Origin: Gemmatimonadota bacterium
Lineage (GTDB): Bacteria > Gemmatimonadota > Gemmatimonadetes > Gemmatimonadales > GWC2-71-9
Reading direction: 5' to 3'
Assembly (NCBI GenBank): GCA_037440225.1
Contig: JBBIUN010000017.1
Span: 4,703 to 68,702 of the forward strand
DNA length: 64,000 nt
Part shown: positions 57,556-64,000 of the stretch, one piece after another
How the letters are laid out: each line of letters begins with the position of its first letter
How positions within the stretch are numbered: the stretch's first letter is position 1
Program-made: the position numbers and the translations under genes
Notes under the pieces: model-generated
Databases searched by the model: none
Told to the model about the DNA's origin: nothing
The model's input: the letters and a program-made list of their open reading frames with translations, nothing else

Positions 57556-58658
57556 GTTCCGAACTGAAGCGTACGCCGTTTTACGAGCTGCACGTGGCGG
57601 CCGGTGCCAAGATGGTGCCGTTCGCCGGCTTCGAGATGCCGGTGCAGTACCCCACGGGCATTACCCGTGAGCACGAGATCGTGCGGACCGCGGTCGGCGT
57701 GTTCGACGTCTCGCATATGGGCGAGTTCGAGGTGAGCGGTCCCGATCGCAACGCCTTCGTGAACCGGATCACCTGCAACGATGTGGCCGCGCTGGAGGAC
57801 GGGCAGGCGCAATACTCGGCCTTGCTCACCGATGACGGCACGTTCGTGGACGACTGCCTGGTGTACCGGTTCGAAGACAAGTTGATGCTGGTGGTGAACG
57901 CCTCGAACATCGAGAAGGACTGGAACCATGTCCTGGAGCGCAAGGCGGGGATCAACGTTCGCCTGAAGAACATCTCCGATGAGGTGGCGCTGCTGGCGGT
58001 CCAGGGTCCCAAGGCCCAAGAGCTGGTGCAGGCGCTCACCCGGCTCGATCTGGGGCACTTGGGCTACTATCGCTTCGACGTGGGGCAGGTGGCCGGGGTG
58101 GAATGCTTCATCTCCCGGACGGGGTACACGGGGGAGGATGGCTTCGAACTCTATTTCCGGCCGGCGCAGGCCGAGGTCATGTGGCACGCCCTGGTGGGCC
58201 CGGGGCGCGGCTCGCCCGTGGGCCTGGGGGCGCGCGACTCCCTGCGGCTCGAGGCGGGTTACCCGCTCTACGGCCACGACATTGACGAGACGATCAATCC
58301 CTACGAGGCGGGCCTGGGCTGGATCGTGAAGCTCAACAAGGGAGCGCCCTTCACCGGGAGGGCGGCCTTGGAAAGCATCAAGGCACGAGGGGTCAAACGC
58401 CGGCTGGTGGGCTTCCGGGTGCCGGAAAAAGGGGTGATCCCTCGCCACGGGTACGAGGTGTACTTGGGCGAGCACCGGGTAGATATCGTCCGGAGCGGCG
58501 GCTTCAGCCCCACGCTCAAGCAGGCGATCGGTACCACGTATCTGCCCACGCACTCGATCGAGCCGGGCACGCGCTTCCAGATTGACTGCCGCGGCAAGCG
58601 GGTGACGGCGGAAGTGGTCAAGCTGCCGTTCTACCGGGGAAGTGTGAAAAGCCGGTGA
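57552..58658 (+). CDS. gcvT: Glycine cleavage system aminomethyltransferase GcvT
   Basis: ATGA overlap. LKRTPFYELH…GAKMVPFAGFEMPVQY…EH..VR..VG.FDVSHMGE…GYTGEDGFE. Confidence 0.9.
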   Translation: MSSELKRTPFYELHVAAGAKMVPFAGFEMPVQYPTGITREHEIVRTAVGVFDVSHMGEFEVSGPDRNAFVNRITCNDVAALEDGQAQYSALLTDDGTFVDDCLVYRFEDKLMLVVNASNIEKDWNHVLERKAGINVRLKNISDEVALLAVQGPKAQELVQALTRLDLGHLGYYRFDVGQVAGVECFISRTGYTGEDGFELYFRPAQAEVMWHALVGPGRGSPVGLGARDSLRLEAGYPLYGHDIDETINPYEAGLGWIVKLNKGAPFTGRAALESIKARGVKRRLVGFRVPEKGVIPRHGYEVYLGEHRVDIVRSGGFSPTLKQAIGTTYLPTHSIEPGTRFQIDCRGKRVTAEVVKLPFYRGSVKSR

Positions 58659-59191
58659 GGGCGGACGGCGCCACGCGGGAGCCGGAAGCAGCGCGTGCTC
58701 CTTCCGCGGTACGTGTTGGCGTGCTCACCGTTTCGGACCTGGGCGCGGCGGGGCGGCGGGCGGATGCCTCGGGCGATGCCATCACGAGCTGGGCAGTTGC
58801 GCGAGGTTTCGTGGTCGCGGCGCGGGAGATCGTGCCCGACGAGAGTGACCGCATTGCGGCGGTGTTGGCGCGTTGGGCTGACGGTGCGGTGGCCGATGTG
58901 ATTCTGACCACGGGCGGCACGGGGCTGGCCCCGCGCGACGTCACGCCGGAAGCCACCCGCGCCGTGCTCGACAAGGAAGCCCCCGGGCTGGCCGAAGCCA
59001 TCCGGGCGGCGGGGCGGGAGCGTACCCCGCGGGCGGCGCTCTCGCGGGGAGTGGCCGGCGTGCGAGGCCGCGTGCTGATCGTCAATCTGCCGGGCAGCGT
59101 CCCCGCCGTGAAGGACGCTCTGGCCGTGCTGGAACCGCTGCTGGAGCATGCGGTACAGTTGCTGGGGGGAGTGCCAACCGATCATGGGTGA
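58655..59191 (+). CDS. Molybdenum cofactor biosynthesis protein MogA/MoaB family
   Basis: GTGA overlap. VGVLTVSD…DVILTTGGTGLAPRDVTPEAT…EAPGLAE…. Confidence 0.7.
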   Translation: MRADGATREPEAARAPSAVRVGVLTVSDLGAAGRRADASGDAITSWAVARGFVVAAREIVPDESDRIAAVLARWADGAVADVILTTGGTGLAPRDVTPEATRAVLDKEAPGLAEAIRAAGRERTPRAALSRGVAGVRGRVLIVNLPGSVPAVKDALAVLEPLLEHAVQLLGGVPTDHG

Positions 59192-59194
59192 GCG

Positions 59195-60736
59195 GTGACG
59201 GACCGGGTCTTGATCACCATGGACGACCTCGAGACGGCGGTGCGAACCAACGCCGCCCTCGAGCGGGGCGCCTTCCAGACCACGCTGGTCTCTTCGCTGG
59301 ACGACGCGGCCGGCATCCTCAGGCGGAGCGAGCCTGACGTCGTGGTCCTGACCGGGGCACTGCAGGAACCCACCGCCACCGAACTCTTGGAGGTGGCCCG
59401 CGACGAGTCGGTTTCGACCCTGGGGCTGCTCGAACCCGCCAGCGCCGACCCCCGCGGCCTGGCGCACCGGCTGGGGCTTACGGCGTGGATGGTCAAGCCG
59501 GTGGACCCGGCCGACGTGGTGGCGACGGTCCGACGGCTCATCGAGCGGCGCCGCCTCCAGGAGCGGACCGGCATCGTGGGCGAGAGCCCGGCCATCCAGG
59601 AAGTGCTGGTCAAGATCGAGCAGATGGCGCCGGTCTCCAGTACCCTGTTGATCGAGGGTGAGAGCGGGACCGGCAAGGAGCTGGTGGCGCAGGCGGTCCA
59701 CCAGCTCTCGCCGCGGCACGCCAAGCCGTTCATCGCCGTCAACTGCTCGGCGCTGCCCGAGACCCTGCTCGAGTCCGAGCTGTTCGGTCACGAGAAGGGG
59801 GCTTTTACCGGCGCGGCGGAGCGGCGGCTGGGCCGGTTCGAGTTGGCCGACGGCGGCACCATCTTCCTGGACGAGGTGGGGGAGATGCCGCCGGCCACCC
59901 AGGTCAAGCTGCTACGGGTCCTGGAAAGTCGGTCCTTCTTCCGAGTGGGCGGCAGCGAGCCCATCCGGGTGGACGTGCGCGTGATCGCCGCCACCAATCG
60001 CTCGCTCAAGGAACAAGTGGCCTTGGGGGCGTTTCGCGACGACCTGTTCTACCGGCTCAACGTGCTCTACATCTACCTGCCGCCGCTGCGCGAGCGCCGA
60101 TCCGACATTCCCCTGCTCATCAAACGCTTCATCCGGGAATTGTCGCGCGAGCACGGCCGGCCGTTTCCCGGCATTACGCCGGAAGCCATGCAGATTCTGG
60201 TGGACGCTCACTGGCCCGGCAACGTGCGGCAGCTCCGGAACCTGATCGAGTCCATGGTGGTGCTGGCGCCGGGCCGGGAGATCCGGCCCAGCGATATCCC
60301 GGCGGACGTGCGGGAGGGCGGGACCCGGCTGTTGCCCATGCGGATGCCGGGCGCCTCGCCCGAGGTGCACGGCCAGGAACTCCAGTTCATCTTCCACAGC
60401 CTGGTGGAACTCAAGCTCCAGCTCGAGGACCTCAGGCGGCGGATCGAGGAGGCGCCGCAGCGGGTCGAGGTGATTGACATGACCCGCCGGGCGGACGACG
60501 CCGAGGTGGTGGCTGGGACCGCGGTGGACGAGACCGGCAGAGGCCGGGCGGAACCCGGAGGCGGGGAGGAGCCCGCCGTGGTGTATCGCCCGGGCATGAA
60601 GATGAGCGACGTGGAGCGCGCGGCCCTCGAGGCCGCGCTGCGGGAGACCCGTGGCAACCGCCGGCGCGCCGCCGAGCGACTGGGGATCGGCGAGCGCACG
60701 CTGTATCGGAAGATCAAGGAATACGGTCTGAGCTGA
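59195..60736 (+). CDS. Sigma54-dependent transcriptional activator with degenerate (Asp-less) receiver-like N-domain
   Basis: AAA+ module GESGTGKE, GAFTGA, RVIAATN. C-terminal HTH GNRRRAAERLGIGERTLYRKIKEYG. The N-domain reads PDVVVLTGAL where the phospho-acceptor Asp is expected, while the K-P (MVKPV) is retained. Confidence 0.8.
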   Translation: MTDRVLITMDDLETAVRTNAALERGAFQTTLVSSLDDAAGILRRSEPDVVVLTGALQEPTATELLEVARDESVSTLGLLEPASADPRGLAHRLGLTAWMVKPVDPADVVATVRRLIERRRLQERTGIVGESPAIQEVLVKIEQMAPVSSTLLIEGESGTGKELVAQAVHQLSPRHAKPFIAVNCSALPETLLESELFGHEKGAFTGAAERRLGRFELADGGTIFLDEVGEMPPATQVKLLRVLESRSFFRVGGSEPIRVDVRVIAATNRSLKEQVALGAFRDDLFYRLNVLYIYLPPLRERRSDIPLLIKRFIRELSREHGRPFPGITPEAMQILVDAHWPGNVRQLRNLIESMVVLAPGREIRPSDIPADVREGGTRLLPMRMPGASPEVHGQELQFIFHSLVELKLQLEDLRRRIEEAPQRVEVIDMTRRADDAEVVAGTAVDETGRGRAEPGGGEEPAVVYRPGMKMSDVERAALEAALRETRGNRRRAAERLGIGERTLYRKIKEYGLS

Positions 60737-60778
60737 CCTGGCGCCGGGCCGCGCCGCGCCACCGCCCTTCGCAGCGCG

Positions 60779-60807
60779 CCGAGCGGAAACACTGGCCCGC
60801 CGCTCGG
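60779..60807 (+). terminator. Hairpin after the third sigma54 activator gene (possible terminator)
   Basis: 8-bp stem ccgagcgg(60779-86)/ccgctcgg(60800-07) with a 13-nt loop, followed by tt and then the AT-rich vapB upstream patch. Confidence 0.35.
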
Positions 60808-60828
60808 TTGGCATGTAATATATATGTC

Positions 60829-61083
60829 ATGCGACGTACTACGATATTCCTCGACGAGCGGCTCCTCAAGCGGGCGGTCCAGGCTGCCCGGGCCGAGGGT
60901 CGGAGCTTTGCGGCGCTGGTGCGCGAGGCGCTGGCGCAGTATTTGAGCAATCGCGGCGGCAACCGCTCTCGGCTTCCCAGCGTGACCGGTGCCTACGCGA
61001 GCGGCGTGGCGGACACGGCCGAGCGGCACGAAGAGCTGTTGGCGCAACTCACCGGGCGGGATTCCGGCGATCTTGGTCGTTGA
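60829..61083 (+). CDS. vapB: Ribbon-helix-helix (CopG/VapB-type) antitoxin
   Basis: MRRTTIFLDERLLKRAVQAARAEGRSFAALVREALAQYL is a typical RHH N-terminus. 84 aa. Directly precedes and overlaps a PIN gene. Confidence 0.75.
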   Translation: MRRTTIFLDERLLKRAVQAARAEGRSFAALVREALAQYLSNRGGNRSRLPSVTGAYASGVADTAERHEELLAQLTGRDSGDLGR

Positions 61084-61480
61084 CACGGGGGTGGTGTACG
61101 CGTTGCTGGATCGCTCGGACGCCTGGCACGAGCGCGCCCGAGGGGCCTGGGAGCGGCACGGGGAGGCGCTGGTGGTCCCTGCCCCGGTGGTGGTGGAGGT
61201 GTGTCAGCTCTTGGCGTATCGCCTGGGGGCCAAGGCCGAGCACGGCTTCCTGGCGGCCGCAGCGCGGGGCGAGTTCCTGGTCGAGAGCTTGGAGTCCGAG
61301 GATTATCTCCGGGCTGCCGAGCTGGTTGATCTCTATGCGGATTTGCCGCTGGGGTTCGTGGATGCCGCGGTGGTGGCGGTGGCGGAACGGCTGGAAGTGG
61401 ATCGGGTGCTCACCACCGATCGCCGGCACTTCTCGGTGATTCGGCCGCGCCACGTGCAGCGGTTGGCGCTGGAACCCTAG
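61073..61480 (+). CDS. vapC: PIN-domain toxin VapC
   Basis: …LVVDTGVVYALLD… (first acidic residue), …VVEV…, …GFVDAAVVAVAE…, …LTTDRRHF… match PIN acidic positions. The start is uncertain (TTG 61073 assumed, an 11-nt overlap with vapB). Confidence 0.7.
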   Translation: MVVDTGVVYALLDRSDAWHERARGAWERHGEALVVPAPVVVEVCQLLAYRLGAKAEHGFLAAAARGEFLVESLESEDYLRAAELVDLYADLPLGFVDAAVVAVAERLEVDRVLTTDRRHFSVIRPRHVQRLALEP

Positions 61481-61545
61481 TCACCGAGCCGCGCCAGCGT
61501 CGCGCTCAGCGTCGCTCTCCGTCTCTCACCCTCCCTTACGGTCCC

Positions 61546-62385
61546 TCACCGCCCCAACAGTCTTTTGATCCTCTCCTCCGTGGGCGGATGGGTGGAAAAC
61601 AGGCTGACGATCCCCTGGCCCGAGAGCGGCTGCACGATGAACAGGTGGGCCGTGGCCGGGTTGGCCGGCAGCGGAAGCTGTTTGGCGGCGGCGTCCAGCT
61701 TGCGCAGCGCGTTGGCGAGTCCGGCGGGCGTACCGGCGAGGCGGGCCCCGCCCTGGTCCGCGCCGAACTCGCGGGAGCGGGAGATCGCCGCTTGGATCAG
61801 CAGGGCGGCGATGGGGGCCACGATGGCCGTGGCCAGCAAGGCCAGGGCGTTGCCGCCGCCGCGTTCGTTGTCCCGGCTTCCCAGGCCGCCGAAGATGGCG
61901 CCCCAGCGGGCGATGGAGGCCAGCATCATGATGGCGGCCGCGATGGTGGCGGCCACGGCGCTGATCAGGGTATCGCGGTGCTGCACGTGGGCCAGCTCGT
62001 GGGCCATGACGCCTTCGAGTTCCTCTTCGCTCAGCGCGCGGAGGATTCCTTCCGTGGCGGCGACGGCCGCGTGCTCCGGGTTGCGCCCGGTGGCGAAGGC
62101 GTTGAGCGCCTCGGTGGGGATCACGTACACCTTGGGCATCGGGAGGCGGGCCCGCTGGGTGAGCCGCTGGACGATGCGGCTCAAGGGATGGTCGGGCGCG
62201 ACCTCGCGCGCCCGGTACATCGCGAGCACGATGCGGTCGGAGAACCAATAGGAGCCGAAGTTGAGCAAGGCGGCGAACACGAAAGCCACGATGAGGCCCT
62301 GTTGTCCGCCCACGGCCTGCCCCACGAGGAGGAGCAGAGCGCTGAGTACCCCCAGGAGCAGTGCGGTCTTGGCGGTGTTCTTCAT
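61546..62385 (-). CDS. htpX: Membrane zinc metalloprotease HtpX (M48 family)
   Basis: 279 aa. TM segments, [10 protein letters not shown] zinc motif, …[15 protein letters not shown]-terminus. Confidence 0.9.
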   Translation of the reverse strand: MKNTAKTALLLGVLSALLLLVGQAVGGQQGLIVAFVFAALLNFGSYWFSDRIVLAMYRAREVAPDHPLSRIVQRLTQRARLPMPKVYVIPTEALNAFATGRNPEHAAVAATEGILRALSEEELEGVMAHELAHVQHRDTLISAVAATIAAAIMMLASIARWGAIFGGLGSRDNERGGGNALALLATAIVAPIAALLIQAAISRSREFGADQGGARLAGTPAGLANALRKLDAAAKQLPLPANPATAHLFIVQPLSGQGIVSLFSTHPPTEERIKRLLGR

Positions 62386-62531
62386 GGTGATGTCGTCCGG
62401 TCTGGATTGTCGTTCCCTAATTTTACACCGGGATTGTACACCGGGGAGTGCCGGTTTGCACCCCGGGGCGGGTTCCCCCCCCCGACTGGGGCTTCTGCCC
62501 CAGGGCGGACTCGGGGCCGGGGCGTGTGGGC

Positions 62532-63149
62532 CTACCTCTTCGGCTGCGCGATCGCCACGACGGCGAGGTCGAACTGCACCTCGTCCTTCACCTTCACCAT
62601 CCCCAGCGCCGTGCGGTAGGGCTTGATCCCGAAAGCCGTCTGCTTGACGCTAAACGATCCCGAAGCCCGCAGGGTGTCCTGAGCCAGCTGGAGTTGCAGA
62701 TCCACGCTCACCGGCCGGGTGTGGCCAGTCATGCTGAGGTCCCCCGTGACGCGCACCCCGCCGGGGATCGGTATCACCTCCCGCGAGACAAAGGTGATCA
62801 AAGGGAAGCTGTCCACCCGAAGGGTCCGGGTCCGCATGGTCTCGGCGATCTTGGGGATGTCCGCCGAGTCGGACCCGGCGACGACCTCCAAGCTGTCGGC
62901 AACTACGGTGACCGCGACCCGAGATCGGGCGGGGTGGTTCGGGAAATAGACCACCTGGCCGCTAAACGCCCTGGCCCGGACCCGGTGCTCGTGGCCCAGT
63001 CCGGAGAGCAGGCCGGCTTTGCCGACGTGGACTGCGAGGACGCTGGAGGAATCGAGTACGTACGCGATCGAGTCGGCCGGGACTTGGGGCGGACTGGTGG
63101 TAAGGGGGCCAAGTCTGGCAATCGCGCCGGTCATACTGCAGAGGGTCAC
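62532..63149 (-). CDS. YceI-like polyisoprenoid-binding family protein
   Basis: C-terminal ~170 aa: …[38 protein letters not shown]…[16 protein letters not shown]… is YceI-like. The start is unresolved (GTG 63149 or ATG 63134). No canonical start gives a good signal peptide. The rest of the 368-aa track ORF looks non-coding. Confidence 0.55.
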   Translation of the reverse strand: MTLCSMTGAIARLGPLTTSPPQVPADSIAYVLDSSSVLAVHVGKAGLLSGLGHEHRVRARAFSGQVVYFPNHPARSRVAVTVVADSLEVVAGSDSADIPKIAETMRTRTLRVDSFPLITFVSREVIPIPGGVRVTGDLSMTGHTRPVSVDLQLQLAQDTLRASGSFSVKQTAFGIKPYRTALGMVKVKDEVQFDLAVVAIAQPKR

Positions 63150-63471
63150 AAGCAGAGCCGGCAGCGAACGTTGGGGCCTGGGCGTGGGCGGGCGCCCGGC
63201 CCGAGCGGGCCGGCACAGAGCCCGTGCCGGCCTAGGCAGATCCTGGGCGGGCCTAGGCAGAGCCCGTGCGCGGGGGTTGGAAGCTGATGTATCCCGGCAT
63301 CCCGGGGCGGGATCGGCCTTCGGGGCGGAGGCGCCCAGGCGCCGTAAGTGATGGAGCTTCAGCACGTTGACGCTATGTACACTATTGACAGCCGAACCCG
63401 CAACCCGCATCTTGTCGCGAATCATGTGAACGGCCCAGCGCCCAGGCCCGGCATTCGACGATTCAGGGTAC

Positions 63472-64000
63472 GTGCTTTTCGAGATTCGGGAAGAGAAGTG
63501 CGTTAGCTGCCTGGCCTGTGTGCGGGTGTGTCCCGCCGAGGCCGTCGCAGTTGACGGCGCCCGTGTCAGCATCGTGGATGAAGCGTGCATCCGGTGCGGG
63601 ATGTGCGTGCCGGCCTGCCCGCACGATGCCATCGCCACCAGGGGGGACCTGGCACGGGCGGCCGAGCTGGTGGCCTCAGGCGACGCGGTCCTGATTCTTT
63701 CGGTCGAGGCAGCGGCGCATTTCTACCCCGCGACGCCCGAGCAGGTGATCAACGCCTGTTACCAGGCGGGGTTTCGGGCGGTGCATCATGGGGTGTTGGG
63801 TGACGAGCTGGTAGCCGGTGAGTACCTGAAGCTGTGGAGCGAGCGGCACTGGGGGACCATGATTCGGTCCACGTGCCCGGTGATCGTGGAGACCATCCGG
63901 CACGACTATCCGGAGCTTTTGCCCTATTTGGCGCCGGTCAAGACGCCGGTGGCGGCCGAGGCGGAGTACCTGAAGCGGTTGTACGGGGATGACGTGCCGA
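63472..64000 (+). CDS. 2x[4Fe-4S] ferredoxin domain fused to an [FeFe]-hydrogenase-like domain, 5' part only (runs off the window)
   Basis: This gene is absent from the ORF track because it has no stop in the window. My translation from GTG 63472 is: (M)LFEIREEKCVSCLACVRVCPAEAV…DEACIRCGMCVPACPHDAI… then …ILSVEAAAHFYP…MIRSTCPVIVETIRHDYPELLPYLAPVKTP, resembling a hydrogenase large-subunit domain. Confidence 0.65.
   Translation, partial: MLFEIREEKCVSCLACVRVCPAEAVAVDGARVSIVDEACIRCGMCVPACPHDAIATRGDLARAAELVASGDAVLILSVEAAAHFYPATPEQVINACYQAGFRAVHHGVLGDELVAGEYLKLWSERHWGTMIRSTCPVIVETIRHDYPELLPYLAPVKTPVAAEAEYLKRLYGDDVP

Overview
High-GC (roughly 68-70%) bacterial chromosomal segment. Gene content and style suggest an FCB-group or Gemmatimonadota-like organism, but that is inference only. 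Genes are tightly packed and many junctions overlap by 1-13 nt (ATGA, GTGA, TTGA). Most long minus-strand ORFs in the track are Arg/Gly/Pro/Ala-rich antisense shadows of plus-strand genes, not real genes. Order of content: APC permease 3' end; TonB-dependent receptor; nadA-nadC; divergent lptF/lptG-type permeases; a 1993-aa SprA-like giant protein translationally coupled to an M28 glutaminyl-cyclase-like lipoprotein. From about 15.4 to 47.4 kb there is a large type IV pilus (T4aP) supercluster: comEA-pilB-pilT-pilC, two unrelated genes, pilS-pilR, a 5-gene glycosyltransferase block, two tandem pilins behind a consensus sigma54 promoter, a second kinase/sigma54-activator pair, fimT/pilV/pilW/pilX-like minor pilins, pilMNOPQ, and an 808-aa Ig-repeat/beta-propeller lipoprotein. 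After that come housekeeping genes: aroC-aroK, topA-trmFO-xerC-hslV-hslU, argF-gcvT-mog, a third sigma54 activator with a degenerate receiver, vapBC, htpX, a yceI-like gene, and the 5' part of a hydrogenase-like Fe-S protein. The best candidates for undescribed biology are three. (1) The GT2 plus four GT-C glycosyltransferase block sits inside the pilSR-pilA unit and may be a pilin or pilus glycosylation system. (2) The Ig/beta-propeller lipoprotein is fused to the pilQ operon in a cluster that lacks pilY1. (3) The SprA-like/glutaminyl-cyclase-like pair co-occurs with Gln at the predicted +1 position of two secreted proteins in the window. No CRISPR array, rRNA, tRNA or IS element could be supported. 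All functional calls come from reading motifs by eye. No database search was run.
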